Of a stretch of DNA of 64,000 bases, positions 34,239 to 46,700 are shown in pieces. This DNA is from an uncultured Planctomycetota bacterium (GTDB lineage: Bacteria > Planctomycetota > Planctomycetia > Isosphaerales > Isosphaeraceae). Position 1 is the stretch's first letter. Each line of letters opens with the position of its first letter. Below the pieces are notes generated by a model. That model did not search any database. It saw nothing but the letters and a program-made list of their open reading frames with translations, and had not been told where the DNA came from. Location: NCBI GenBank assembly GCA_963737655.1, contig CAVTTN010000002.1, positions 5,984,001 through 6,048,000 of the forward strand, read 5' to 3'. The position numbers and the translations under genes were made by a program.

Positions 34239-34886
34239 ATGAATTTATCCAAACATGACACTGCCCTGGTCGTCATCGACCCGCAGAACGACGTCCTGAG
34301 CGAACGCGGCGTCTCCTGGGGCGCCGTCGGCGCCAGCGTGGAGGAGAATGACACCGTCGCCAACATCGAGCGGCTCTTCCGGGCCGCGAAGGGCCGGGGC
34401 TTCGGGGTCTTCATCTCGCCGCACTACCTCTATCCCCCGGATCACGCCTGGCGGTTCGGCGGGGCGGCCGAGACGATGATGCTCCGCAGCCAGGAGTTCC
34501 ACCGCCCCGGCCCGCTCCTCGTCGACAATCTCCTCGGCTCCGGGGCCGACTGGCTCGAGCGATACAAGCCCTTCATCGAGGACGGCGAGACCGTCGTCGT
34601 GAGCCCACATAAGGTGTGGGGCCCTCAGACCAACGACCTCGCCCTGCAACTCCGCAAGCGTCGCGTCGACAAGGTCATCCTGGCCGGGATGCTGGCGAAC
34701 CTCTGCGTCGAGAGCCACCTGCGCGAATTGCTGGAACGGGGCTTCGAGGTCGCCGTGGTGAAGGACGCCACCGCCGGCCCGCGTCATCCCCAACTCGGCG
34801 ACGGCTACAAGGCGGCGATCGTCAATTTCGGCTACCTGGCGAACGCCGTCCTGACGACGGGCGAGGCCGAGAGCGCCATGGGCTAG
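34239..34886 (+). CDS. Isochorismatase-family cysteine hydrolase
   Basis: TALVVIDPQND, PHK, AGMLANLCVESH; strong GAGGAG RBS. Confidence 0.9.
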   Translation: MNLSKHDTALVVIDPQNDVLSERGVSWGAVGASVEENDTVANIERLFRAAKGRGFGVFISPHYLYPPDHAWRFGGAAETMMLRSQEFHRPGPLLVDNLLGSGADWLERYKPFIEDGETVVVSPHKVWGPQTNDLALQLRKRRVDKVILAGMLANLCVESHLRELLERGFEVAVVKDATAGPRHPQLGDGYKAAIVNFGYLANAVLTTGEAESAMG

Positions 34887-34964
34887 ACGAGACGGGGAGG
34901 ATCCCGTCGCGGGTCGGCGTCTGTCGAATTGTCACGAACTCAAGATCATGACTGGAGAACGTCC

Positions 34965-35960
34965 ATGACCGGGGCATTCCGCAGGAGGGACATGCTGAAG
35001 GCGATCGCGACGGCCACGATGCTCGGCCGCGCCGCGAGGGCCGACGAGCCCCACGACCTGCCCGAGCAGATCGTGGACGCGATGAACGCGATCTCCGGCA
35101 AGCATCCGGGCTTCCGATCGGCCCATGCCAAGGGCGTCGTCTGCGAGGGGAGGTTCGTGCCCTCGGCGTCGGCGCGAGGCCTGTCGAAGGCCCCCCACTT
35201 CCAGGACGAAGCGGTGGAGGTCACGGTCCGCTTCTCGGACAGCACCGGCCTCCCCGACGTGCCGGACGGTGCCGCCGGGGCCAGCCCTCACGGGATGGCC
35301 GCCCGCTTCCACCTGCCGGGCGGCGGCAGCACCGACATCGTCTCCAACGCCTTCAACGGCTTCGCGGTCGGCAGCGGGGACGACTTCCTGGCCCTCCTCC
35401 GGGCCGTCGCCGAGAGCGGCAAGGACGCGCCGAAGCCGACCGCGCTCGACCGATTCCTGACCGCCCATCCCGGGGCCAAGCGGGTCATCACGGCCCCGAA
35501 GCCGACGCCGGCCAGCTTCGCGACCGAGCCGTATTTCGGCGTGAACGCCTTCCTGTTCACCAACGCCGAGGGGAAGGCGCGGTATGGCCGCTACCAGTTC
35601 CGCCCGGACGCGGGCTCGAAGTTCCTGACCGCCGCCGAGGCCGCCGCGAAGCCGGCGAACTTCCTGATCGACGAGCTGGCCGACCGTCTCGCCAGGGGGC
35701 CGGTGAGGTTTCGCCTGGTCGTCCAGATGGCGGCCGAGGGCGATCCCGTCGACGACGCGACCGCCGTCTGGCCCGACGATCGGCCCGTCGTGGAGCTGGG
35801 CGACCTGTCCGTCACCGGCAAGGTGGCCGACAGCGACGCGGCCCAGCGTGCCCTGGGCTTCGACCCGCTCCGGCTCGCCGACGGCATCGAGGCCTCCGAC
35901 GACCCGCTCCTCGAACTCAGGCGCTCGGTCTATGCTGTGTCCCGGAGGCGCCGGAAATGA
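34965..35960 (+). CDS. Catalase-related heme peroxidase (SrpA-like) with Tat-like signal
   Basis: FRRRDMLK...ARA signal; [15 protein letters not shown], proximal R..VYA.S. Confidence 0.85.
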   Translation: MTGAFRRRDMLKAIATATMLGRAARADEPHDLPEQIVDAMNAISGKHPGFRSAHAKGVVCEGRFVPSASARGLSKAPHFQDEAVEVTVRFSDSTGLPDVPDGAAGASPHGMAARFHLPGGGSTDIVSNAFNGFAVGSGDDFLALLRAVAESGKDAPKPTALDRFLTAHPGAKRVITAPKPTPASFATEPYFGVNAFLFTNAEGKARYGRYQFRPDAGSKFLTAAEAAAKPANFLIDELADRLARGPVRFRLVVQMAAEGDPVDDATAVWPDDRPVVELGDLSVTGKVADSDAAQRALGFDPLRLADGIEASDDPLLELRRSVYAVSRRRRK

Positions 35961-36028
35961 CGATCGCCCCGCCGCCTTTCGCGAGACGCCGCCCCGATCC
36001 TCGACCCATCACCCACGGAGAAACGATC

Positions 36029-36997
36029 ATGATCCGCACGACACCGTCCCCGTCGCTCCTGACCCTGATCGCGGCCGGCACGTTGGCCCTCGGTCCGGCC
36101 GGCGGGGCCTCGGCCCAGCACCCGGCGGACGTGCATCACAAGACCGTCAAGGTCGGCGACCTCGACATCTTCTATCGCGAGGCCGGCCCGAAGGACGCCC
36201 CGACGATCCTCCTGCTGCACGGCTTCCCGACCAGCTCGCAGATGTTCCGCAAGCTCATCCCGGCGCTCGCGGACAGGTATCACGTGGTCGCCCCGGATTA
36301 TCCCGGCTACGGCCACAGCTCGATGCCGTCGCGGGAGGAGTTCGCCTACACGTTCGACAACCTCGCGAAGGTCGTCGATGAGTTCACCGAGAAGCTCGGG
36401 CTGACGAAGTTCGCGATTTACGTGCAAGACTACGGCGCGCCGGTCGGATACCGCCTCGCCTCGGCGCACCCGGAGCGGATCTCGGCGATCATCGTGCAGA
36501 ACGGCAACGCCTACGACGAGGGGCTGGACAACGACTTCTGGAAGCCCTTCAAGGCCTACTGGAAGGACCCCAGCAGCAAGGAGAAGCGCAACGCCTTGCG
36601 CCCGCTCCTCACCTACGACGCGACTCGATGGCAATACACGCACGGTGTCAAGGACGTCGAGCTCGTCAGCCCGGACGGCGCCGCCCACGATCAGTTCCTG
36701 ATGGACCGCAAGGGGAACGACGAGATCCAGCTCGACCTCTTTCTCAGCTACGGCAGCAACCCGCCGCTCTACCCGAAATGGCAGGCCTACTTCCGCGAGC
36801 ACCAGCCGCCGATGCTGATCGTCTGGGGGAAGAACGACAAGATCTTCCCGGCCGACGGGGCCGAGCCGTACCGGCGCGACCTGAAGACTCTGGAGTTCCA
36901 CCTGATCGACGCCGGCCACTTCGCCCTGGAGACGAACGGCGACGAGATCGCCGGATTCATCCGGGCCTTCCTCGGCGAGCATGTCGCCCGGCCATAG
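36029..36997 (+). CDS. Alpha/beta hydrolase (epoxide hydrolase/dehalogenase-like) with signal peptide
   Basis: [21 protein letters not shown] nucleophile elbow, AGHFALE. Confidence 0.9.
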   Translation: MIRTTPSPSLLTLIAAGTLALGPAGGASAQHPADVHHKTVKVGDLDIFYREAGPKDAPTILLLHGFPTSSQMFRKLIPALADRYHVVAPDYPGYGHSSMPSREEFAYTFDNLAKVVDEFTEKLGLTKFAIYVQDYGAPVGYRLASAHPERISAIIVQNGNAYDEGLDNDFWKPFKAYWKDPSSKEKRNALRPLLTYDATRWQYTHGVKDVELVSPDGAAHDQFLMDRKGNDEIQLDLFLSYGSNPPLYPKWQAYFREHQPPMLIVWGKNDKIFPADGAEPYRRDLKTLEFHLIDAGHFALETNGDEIAGFIRAFLGEHVARP

Positions 36998-37957
36998 CCT
37001 GGGAGTGGCGATCTCGCGAGCGACCCTTCGCCGTCGTCCCCCTGCCCTTCTTCGATGGGTCCGACGAGGGTTGCCCCGCCGTGCCGTCCTCGTTCACGCC
37101 TCGCTCCCTTGAGCCGGAGTCGATCGTGGCGACGAGCCCGGACCGGCCGCGCCGTCGCCCCCTCGGGGCCCCGGCTGACCCCCGGGCCGCCCCCGCCACC
37201 TTGGCCGGGTCGTGGGCTACCCTCCTACCCTACCCGACCCACCGCCCGAACCCACGCTCGCCCCGGTACCGACATTGCTTCAGCCCGTAGTCCCTCTTCA
37301 GCGCGTGGATCCGACCCTCGATCCCCGCCGTTGCGGATCGTGACGGAGTCGAACGTCATCGAATCGCAGCGGCTGAGGTGCACGTCGCCCCGCACGTGGG
37401 CCCGGAAGGCCATGTGGTCGCCGATGGCGGCGGGGATCACGTCGGGCCCGTAGGCGTGATCCCAGAAAAATCCGAACACGCCGGGCCGCAGCCGCTCGGC
37501 CCGGCGATGGTCGTCCCCGTAGAGCGAGACCGCGCCGGCCTTCACCCGCCGCGCATGCGGCTCGAAGAGATATCCGAACACCTTGGTGGGGAAGGCCTCG
37601 GGGTCGTCGAGGTTCGCCGGGTATCCGCGGTCGATCTCGACGTCATCGCTCGTGAGATCCGCCGCCAAGGCGACGATCCGCCCCTGGGTGAAGGCCGGCA
37701 CGGGCCTCGTGATCGTCAGGTTCTTGACGGTCACGTTGCGGCACTCGGTGAACTCGATCCCCTGGCGACGGCCATCCTCGAGGACGTGCGTCGCACCCGA
37801 GCCGTCGATCGTGAAATCGTGCATCGCGGCGAAGCGGAGGTGATACTCGCCCGCGGCGACGGGCACCCGATGGATGCCGGGAGGGATCGTGACGGATCGC
37901 CTGCCCGATTCGTAGGCGCGCCGGAGCTAAATAACTCCCCGCAAAGGGGAAAGTGAG

Positions 37958-38160
37958 TTACGCGGCGATCCGGTAGACCGAGGCACCCTCAACCCTGAAC
38001 GGGATGCGGCCCTTCAGCCGGGCGAACGTCAGGTCGAGCAACTCCTGCATCGACTGACAGCGATGGTTGCGTGTCACTCGGTCGTGCAGGTGCCACCGCA
38101 CCCGCTCGATCGGGTTGCAGTCCGGGCTGTACGCGGGCAGGAAGTGCAGGTCGATCCTCT
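37958..38160 (-). pseudogene. IS630 transposase C-terminal remnant
   Basis: RIDLHFLPAYSPDCNPIERVRWHLHDRVTRNHRCQSMQELLD...AA-stop. Confidence 0.85.
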
Positions 38161-38215
38161 GTGTCCTTCCGGAGGGCGTGCAAAAATGGGCCGCTCGATG
38201 TGTCGGTCCGCCGCG

Positions 38216-38751
38216 TCACTTGATCCGGCACCACCAGAGCGACCGGCGGAGCGTCTTCCGGCCGGCGGGCGAGATCCGGGTGTCCTGGACGTCCAACTCA
38301 CGCAGGCCCCTCATCTGGACGAGGTGCGCGACGCCGGCGTCGGTGATGGGCGTGCCGCTGAGGTCGAGCGAGCGCAGCCGTCTCATCGCCTTGAGGTGGG
38401 CGAGCCCGGCGTCGGTGATCCGCGTCTTCGCGAGGCTCAGCACCTTCACGCCGTCCAGGCCCTCCAGGTGGGCGAGCCCGGCGTCGGAGAGCGTCGCGAC
38501 TTCGAGGGTCAGGACGGTGAGCGCCGGCAGGTGGTGAAGCTCCTTCAGATCGTCGTCGGTCGTCTTGTCCCCCGCTGTGACGACCATGCCCGCGGGGATG
38601 AGCCCCACGCCCGGCGTGGCGTAGCCGCCTCGGTTCATGATCACCGCGATGGCCCGTGTCTCGTCCGGGCTCGGCTCGCCGCCGCGCGCGCGGGCGCCAG
38701 GAGTGCGCCGAGGGCCACCAACGCCGACACGCCGATCGTGACACGCTTCAT
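38216..38751 (-). CDS. Small secreted leucine-rich-repeat protein (frameshift near 38690)
   Basis: AAGGAGG RBS; signal MKRVTIGVSALVALGALLAPARA; repeats L.L..T.ITDAGLAHL. Confidence 0.8.
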
Positions 38752-38859
38752 CGCATGGGCCTCCTTGCCGGTGACGGTACGCGACGAGAACCTATCCCAC
38801 CGCGAACGAGGTGTCTATCCCAAGGTCGTGCCGGGCGGCGCGCCCCGCAGGACCAGCGG

Positions 38860-38951
38860 CTGCGGAAGCGGACCTCCGGCTCGGGGTCCTTCCGATAGCG
38901 GTCGAGCAGGGCCGCCCGCTGCTCGCGGCTCAGGCTGATGCTGCGTGCCAT
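38860..38951 (-). pseudogene. IS630 transposase N-terminal remnant
   Basis: MARSISLSREQRAALLDRYRKDPEPEVRFR about 80 nt inside the right inverted repeat. Confidence 0.7.
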
Positions 38952-39139
38952 GAAAGTACCGGGGGTGGCGTTCAGGTGGATCATCCACCCCGTTCTACGT
39001 AGACGGCGCTTTCCGGTTTGCTGGGAGCTATTTAGCCGCCAAGATCGGCGTCGTTCGGGGGGACGGCGACGACGAGAGACAGCATGAGGAGCGAGGTCAT
39101 CGGTGAAAGTCCTGTCAGCGAAATCGACCACCACGGGCT

Positions 39140-40595
39140 TCACGCGAGGATCGGGTGCAGCACGTCGCCCTCGACGTCGGTCAGGCGGAATCGGCGGCCG
39201 TTGTGCAGGTAGGTGAGGCGCTTGTGGTCGAGGCCGAGGAGGTGGAGGATCGTCGCGTGGAGGTCGTGGACGGAGACGGGGGAGTCGGCGGCCTTCCAGC
39301 CGATCTCGTCGGTGGATCCATGACTCACGCCGCCCTTGATCCCGCCGCCGGCCATCCAGGTGAGGAACCCGTGAGGGTTGTGGTCGCGGCCGTTCCCCTT
39401 CTCGGAGATCGGCATCCGGCCGAACTCGCCGCCCCAGACCACGAGCGTCGAGTCGAGCAGGCCGCGCCGCTTCAGGTCGGTCAGGAGTCCGGCGGCGGGC
39501 CCGTCCGTCTCTCGGCAGCGGCGACGATGGTTCTCGGCGAGGTCGTTGTGCGCGTCCCACTCGTCGTTGCAATAGACCTGAACGAACCGAACGCCTCGCT
39601 CGACGAGCCGGCGGGCGAGCAGGCACTTCTCGCCGTAAGGGCGCGTGACGTCGTCATCGAGGCCGTAGAGGGCCCGCGTGGCGGCCGATTCGGACCTGAT
39701 GTCGACCGCCTCGGTCGCTTCCGACTGCATCCGGTAGGCGAGATCGTAGTTGTGGATGCGGGCGAGGAGGTCCGCCTCGCCGGGATGGAGCTCGGCGTGG
39801 GCTCGGTTCGAGCCCCGCGTTCAGGTCGAGCATCCTCCGCTGCCGACGGGGCGTGACGTCGCCGGGCGGGGCCAGGTCCAGGATGGGCGAGCCCTGCGAG
39901 CGGAAGCCGGTCGCCTGATACGCGGTGGGGAGGAAGCCCGCGCCCGAGTTCCCCGCGCCTCCCTTGCTCCCGCGGCTGTTCTGGAGGACGACGAAGCCCG
40001 GCAGGTCGTGATTCTCGCTCCCCAGGCCGTACGTCACCCAGGACCCGACGCTCGGGAACCCCGCGCGCGTCATCCCCGTGTTCATCTGGTACATCGCCGG
40101 CCCGTGGGCGGGCGATTCTGCGTAACATGACTTGATGAAGGCGATGTCGTCGACGTGCCGGGCGAGCCCCGGAAGCTGGTCGCAGACCCACGCGCCGCTC
40201 TCGCCGTGCCGGGAGAACCCGAACGGCGACTTCATCAGCGGGCCGGGACTCCCGAAGAAGACATCAATCGGCAGATTCGGCCGCCGCCCGTCGCTGCGGG
40301 TCAGCTCGGGCTTCGGGTCGAACGTGTCCATGGCGCTCGGCCCGCCCTCCATGAACAGCCAGATGACCGAGAGGGCCTTCGCCGGGTGATGGGTCGCCCC
40401 GGCCGCATGGGGTCGCGGCGACTCGTCGCTGGCGAGCAGGCGGTCGCGGCCGAGCAGGTCGGCCAGCGCGAGCATCCCGAACCCGGCGCCGACGCCGCGG
40501 AGGAACTCCCGACGATTGGTGATCCCCGTCCTCACCCGGCCGCAACGGCAGCCCGTCCCCGGGGCGTCCGACGCCGATTTGCGATCAATCCACAT
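39140..40595 (-). CDS. DUF1501 domain protein (frameshift near 39810)
   Basis: RREFL..GAGFGMLAL, VIWLFMEGGPS..DTFDPKP, WDAH, GEFGRMP, GRDHNP, VHDLHATILHLLG. Confidence 0.9.
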
Positions 40596-43170
40596 AGATG
40601 AACTCGTTCAGGGTGAGGAGGACGTGGCAGAAGTCCGTCAGCAATTCGGACGCGTCGGCGTCTGTGTCGGCGAGGAACGCCATCGCGGCGTCGCGCTCCG
40701 CGACGTGCGGCGGACGCCCCAGCGTGAGGGCGTAGGCGCGAGCGATCCGGTCTCCGCGCTCGGGCCCGGCCTCTCGGATGACGCGTTTGGCGAGGTCCCG
40801 GGCGCAGCCGCGCACGAAGTCGCCGTTGAGCAGGGCCAGGCTCTGAGTCGGCACGGCCGTCGCGTTCCGCCGGCCGCAGGTCGATGTGGAGTCGGGCGCG
40901 TCGAAGACCTCGGCGAGAGGATTCGGGACGGACCGCTTGATGAACGCATAGACGGATCGCCGCCAGGCCGGGGGTCCTTCCTTCACGTCGGCCGGGTACG
41001 CATCCTTGCTCCGGGTGGCGATCGCCTCGGCGGGGATCCGGGGCCGGAAGGGCGGGCCGTACATCGCGAGGTCCAGTCGGCCGCTGACCGCCAGCATCGC
41101 GTCGCGCAGAGGCTCGGCCTCCAGTCGTTGCGGCCGGCGATGCCAGAGCAGGCGATTCTCCGGGTCGACGGCCGCGCCGGCGGGCGCGCCCGTCGTACCC
41201 TGCCGGTACGCGGCGCTCGTGACGATCCGCCGATGGATCGGCTTGAGCCGCCAGCCCCCGCGGACCAGCTCGTTCGCCAGCCAGTCGAGCAGCTCCGGAT
41301 GATCGGGCGGTTCCCCCTTCGTCCCGAAATCGTCCGGCGTGCGAACGATCCCCTCGCCGAAATGATGCTGCCAGAGCCGGTTCACCGCCACCCTCGCCAG
41401 CAGGCCGCCGGCGCCGTTTTCCGGGTCGGTCAGCCATTCCGCCAGCGCCCGTCGCTGATACGTCGTGGCCAGCGGAGAATCGTCCTCGACTGCGTCCTTC
41501 GGTCTCCCAACATCCGATCTCGTTCTCGCGAGGTAATCTTCGGGTGCGAAGGCGCGAGTCAGGACCTGCAAACCGCCGAAGGTCACGCGATCCTTGCGGC
41601 TCGTGACGCTGCCGCGAGCGAGGATGTACGCCGGTTCGGGCCGCCCGCCGCGATCGAGGAGGGCGAGCGCGGTCGCCTTCGGATCGACGCCGGCCGCCTC
41701 CGCGGCGCGGGCCGCATCATCGAGCCGATCGAGCGTGGAACGCCCCTCGTCGCCCAGCCAGGCGCGGAGCTGGTCGGGGCTGGGATCGAGCGCCTTGCCG
41801 TGCTTCTTGTAGAGCTCGATCTGAACCGGGACGAAGAAATGCTCCGGCTGCCGCAGCCAGAACTTCTCCTCGTCGGAGAGCCCGAGCGCCTTCATCCTGT
41901 CCTCGCGATAGAGCCGGCGCCGCTCCGCAAGCCAGCGATCGCGGTCGCGGTGCGAGCGGGAAAGCCGCACCTCCTGCCGATCGGACGTCTGGAAGGCCGC
42001 GACCATCCGGTAGTAGTCGCGCGTGGGGATCGGGTCGAACTTGTGGTCGTGGCATCGGGCGCAGCCGATCGTCAGCCCGAGCAGGCCCGATCCGACCGTC
42101 GAGACCATGTTGTCGAGCTCGTCGTAGCGGATCTTGAGCTTGTTCTCCTCGGTGTCGGCGGGCGTCGTCTCCTGGCTCGGCGCGGCGGTGCAGAAGCCGG
42201 TCGCCGCGACGGCCGAGGGATTCTCGGGCTCGTACTCGTCGCCGGCGATCTGCCAGCGCACGAATTGGTCGAACGGCAGGTCGTCGTTCAGCGCGCGGAT
42301 CACGAAGTCGCGATAGCGATAGGCCGTCTTCCGATCGAGGTCGCCCTCATAGCCGTCGCTGTCCGCATAGCGCGCCAGGTCGAGCCAGTGCCTCCCCCAG
42401 CGCTCGCCGTAACGCGGCGACGCCAGGAGCCGATCCACGAGGCGTTCGTAGGCGTCGGCCGACCCGTCCTTCACGAATGCCTCGATCTCGTCGACCGTGG
42501 GCGGCAGGCCCGTGAGGTCGAAGGTCAGCCGGCGGATCAGCACGCGACGATCGGCCTCTTCTGCAAAGGTCAGCCCCTTCGGCTCCAGCTTCGCGAGTAG
42601 GGATCGGTCCAGGGTCGTGCGGGCCTTCTCGTTGCGCAGCGCGGGGGCTCGACCGCCCGAAGGGGGCGGAAGGCCCAGTGCTCCCGGTCCGCGTCGGTGA
42701 CCCGCATCTCGGGCCGGGCGCCGGCGGTCGGGCCCTTCGCGTCGGTCTCGGGCCAGGGCGCGCCCGCGGCGATCCAGCGCCTGAGCAGCGCGATTTCGCC
42801 CGTCGAGAGCGGCTTTCCGGCGGGAGGCATGCGCAATGCCATATCCGCGGTCGTCACCCGCTCCAGCAGGGGGCTGGCGTCGATTTTTCCCGGCGTGACG
42901 GCCGGCTCGCCGGAATCTCCCCCCGCGATCACCGACGCGCGTTCGTCGAGCCTCAGCCCGCCGCGCTGCTTTTCCGGCCCGTGGCACTTCAGGCAGGCGC
43001 GGGCGAGGATCGGTCGAACATCGCGCGCGTAATCGACCGCCGCGCCGCCGTCCCCGGGGTCGTCGGCGGCCGTCGCAGGAGAGGCCATCGCGAGCGCCGC
43101 GACCCACACGAGGAGAAACGCCGCTGCATACGGCCCGCGCGAGTTTGCATCAAATAGTGTATTTGTATTC
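40585..43170 (-). CDS. Planctomycete cytochrome c (PSCyt1) + DUF1549 + DUF1553 (PSD1) protein (frameshift near 42640; start uncertain)
   Basis: CLKCHG, HWAF.P, YGERWGRHWLD.ARYADS.G, CARCHDHKFDP, VNRLWQHHFG.G. Confidence 0.9.
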
Positions 43171-43400
43171 AAATCTCTCGGCGCCGCGGATCGGCATCGG
43201 GAACGATTGCCAAAGGCCCGGATCACGGATGCTTCTCCTCGGTGATCGCCCGGACGGGCCGCGTCGGAGGCCCTGCAAGCGGTCCGACTCGGCCTCGGGA
43301 CGACCTTGCGACGCCGACTCCACTTCACGTAAGGTTAGCCCGGTAGCCGCCCGGCGGATATGCGGTTTTGCGGAAATCCCTTCCCCGTTCGCGACAGCCG

Positions 43401-43676
43401 ATGGAATACACGCGGGTCGGCCCGGTCATCGGGAGGGACGGCGAATCTGCCCGCCGCGTCCTGCGTGGGATCGGCCGCTACGCGCGCGAGGCCGGCCGGC
43501 ACTGGCTGTTCTATGTGACCTCGCATGAGAGGCACGACCTCGATCCCCTGATCGGCAAGGACCTCGCGGGGATCATCGCTTACGTGTTGACGAGCCACCA
43601 GGCCCTGGGCCTGATCTCCCTGGGGAAGTCCATGTTGGACCGCCTCCGCGTGGAGTTCGGCGACCTGGTCCAGTGA
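43401..43676 (+). pseudogene. Truncated XylR-like regulator (N-terminal fragment only)
   Basis: RRVLRGIGRYAR...W.....GIIA resembles the XylR N-terminus; ends after 91 aa with no AraC HTH. Confidence 0.5.
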
Positions 43677-43752
43677 CCGGATCCCGGCCGGGACGAGCGG
43701 CGACCGGCCCCCGGCCGAGATTCCGACGGGCCGGCCGGATTCTCATCCCGGC

Positions 43753-46700
43753 TCAGGTCCCGGGCAGGATCAGGACCTGGTCGAGGGGTTTGCGCGTCAG
43801 GATGACGTCGGTGGCGCTGGCGAAGATCCAGGACTGGCTGAGGCCGGGGACGGAGTTGGAGGTGATCGTGTCGGCCTTGCCGTTGTTGCTGACGGTCGAG
43901 AGCGTCAGGACGTTCGAGCCGTTCAGCCCTCCGCCCGAGGTCAGGTGGGCCGCCCTCGCGGCGAAGCCCAGGTCGGTCCGGTCCCACTCGGTGAGGATCG
44001 CCTCGAGCGCGGCATCCTGGAGGCCGTAGAGGGTCGATCCGGCGATCATGAGGCTGTCGCCGGCCCCGCCGACGAGCTGCGACGCGCCCGCGCCGCCGAT
44101 CAGGAGGCTCCGGCCCGACCCGGTCAGCGCGTTGTTGCCCGAGCCGCCGACGACCCCCTGGATGCCCGAGATCGAGCCGCCGACGCCGCTGGCCTTGCCG
44201 GTGGCGAGGTTCACCGCGACGGGGGTCGAGACGCGCACGTAGTTCAGGAGGTCGTTGCCGCCCTGCCCGTTGAGGTTCCCGGAGATCGAGCCGGAGGGGC
44301 CGAAGTCGAAGCTGTCGGACAGCCCGCCGCCGGACAGGTTGGCGAATCCGGCGAAGGTGACCCAGCCGTCGAGCGAGCCGGCATTCGCGGCGGTCAGGCT
44401 CCAGGAGTTGGCGGCGCCGGGGCCGGTCAGGCCGTTGACCCCGGCCCCGCCGTCGATCGTCACCGGGCCCGCGCCGCTCGCGCCGGAGATGCCTACGGGC
44501 GTGCCGTTGTTGTCGGTGTCGAACGTCACGCCGCCCCGGATGTTCGCATAATTGACCGTGCGGGTCGACCACCCGTGGATCAGGCCGTAGAAGTTCGTCG
44601 TCCGGGAGATGGCCTGGTTTGTCACCGTATAATTGTAGATATAAGAGGAATACCGGCCGGTCGTCGTCACGTTGGGGTTGAGCGCGTCGTCGACGAGCAG
44701 GCTGTCGGCCCCCGCGCCGCCGACGACCGTGAGGTCGGCCCCGAGGAGGTTGAGGTCCTGGCCCGACGTCGTGACCGAGATGGCGGTCGCCCCCGAGCCG
44801 ACGACCACGGTCGTCGGCGCGGAGGTGCCCTCGACGTCGAGCGGGGTGCCGTTGTTGTCGGTGTCGACCGTGACGCCGCCGAGGATGTTCGCGTAGTTGA
44901 TCGATCGCGCGAGCCTGCTGACGAAGAGGCCGTGATAGAGCCTGGTCCGCGAGATGGCCTGGCCGGTCACGGCGTAGCTGTAGCTCGTCGTCGTGGTGCC
45001 GGACCTCGTGTAGGCCAGCGGGTTCAGCGAGTCGTTGACGGCCAGGCTGTCGGTCCCCGATCCGCCGGTGACGGTCAGGTCGTTCGCCAGCAGGCCGAGG
45101 TCCTTGCCCGAGGACTCGACCGAGACCGCCGTGTTCCCCGAGCCGAGGTTCACGGCCGTCGGCGCCGAGGTGCCCTCGACGTCGACCGAGCTGCCGTTGT
45201 TGTCGGCGTTCAGGGTCACGCCCGCGGAGATGCCGGAATAATTGATGGTCGCGGTCAGGAAATTGGGGTCGGAGCCGCCGAGGTTCACGCGGGTGACGGC
45301 CGAGGCGGTGACGGTGTACGCCCCGCCGGGCGTCCAGGGATCCTGCTGGTCGTCCACGGCGAGGGAGTCGGAGCCCGGGCCGCCGTTGATCGTCAGCGGC
45401 ATCGGGGAGGACGGGACGCGAGCGAACGGGGAGAGCGACTGCCCGAGGCCGGCGACGGTCACCGCCGTGTTGCCGGAACCGAGGTCCACCGTCGTCGGCG
45501 AGTTGATCCCCTCGACATCGACGGCGGAGCCGTTGTTGTCGGTATTCAGGGTCACGGCCCCGAAGCCCTTGAAGGAGACGGTGGTCGAGTAAGGGGGGCC
45601 GGTGTAGGTCCGATAGATCGACGAGTACGTGCCGGAGAAGACGAGGTAGCCCGCGGTCCAGGGGTCCTTCTGGTCGTTGACGATCAGCGAATCGGCGCCG
45701 GGGCCGCCGTTGAGCGTGACCGGGCCGAGGAACCCGGCCAGCGATTGGTACTGCGGGGCGAGCGTCACGGGGGTGCTGCCCGTGCCGACGTTCACCGTCA
45801 CCGGGCCGACCCCGGAATTCTCGACGTCGACGGGCGTGCCGACGTTGTCCGAGTCCAGCGTCACGCCGCCCGTCAGGCTCGTGAACGTGATCAGGCGGGA
45901 CTGGTTGACCAGCCCCACGCCCACGACGTTCGTCGCGAAATACCTCCCGACCGAGGCGCTATTGAGGATGTACCCGGAGTTGTATTCGCCGAGCCCCAGG
46001 TGGGCCGAGTCGTTGACGGTCAGCGAGTCCTTCCCGGGACCGCCGAAGATGCGGATGCTCGGGACCAGGGCGTCCAGGTTCTTCGAGCTGCCCGCGGCGG
46101 TGATGGCGACGTTCTCGCTGCCGGCGTAGTAGTTGATCGCGGGCGAGCCCGAGAACGAGACGTACGACGCGTTGGACTGGCTGAAGAATCCGGCGTCGAG
46201 GCTCACGGTCGCGGCCGTGGTGTCGGCGTCGGTGTAGTCGAGGAAGTTCAGCGTGCTGACGATGCCGACGATGCTGACCGGCTGCTGGATGGCCCGGAGG
46301 CTCTGGCCCTGCGAGGCGAACGAGACGTTCGAGCCCGGGCCGCCCAGGGTGAGGATGATCGGGCTGGGGGCGGCCTCGACGTCCACGGGGCCGGAGGCCG
46401 GGCCCGTGCTCAGGGTGACCTGCCCGGGCCTACCCGACGGGTATTCCACGATGGGCACGCCGCCCAGGCTGAACGTCGTGCCGTCGAGCATCCAGTTCTG
46501 GGCAGAGGGGTCGTGCTGGTCGTCCAGGTTCAATCGGGTGACGCGATGGGGGTCGTTGATGAGCAGCGACGATTTCAGGAAATTGTCCTCGTTCCCGGCG
46601 TCCGAGCTGACGTTGATCGTGACCGGCGAGGTGGTCGCGGCGTTGATCGTCACGCCCGTGCCGTAGCCCCAGACGCCGGTCAGGTTGACCGTCGTCGCGG

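Larger units (their letters stand above)
37928..39034 (-). mobile_element. Non-autonomous IS630-family derivative carrying a cargo gene
   Basis: Ends CTAAATAACTCCCCGCAAA and revcomp CTAAATAGCTCCCAGCAAA (17/19); TA at both ends in a CTAG site; transposase N- and C-terminal remnants inside. Confidence 0.85.
37225..39100 (-). pseudogene. Secreted right-handed beta-helix (GH110-like) gene remnant split by the IS630-derived element and truncated at its 3' end
   Basis: 5' part 39100-39035 (MTSLLMLSLVVAVPPNDADLGG) is in frame with 37927-37225 (LRRAYESGRRSVTIPPG...FTIDGSGA...CRNVTVKNLTI...FTQGRI) once the element is removed. Confidence 0.65.
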
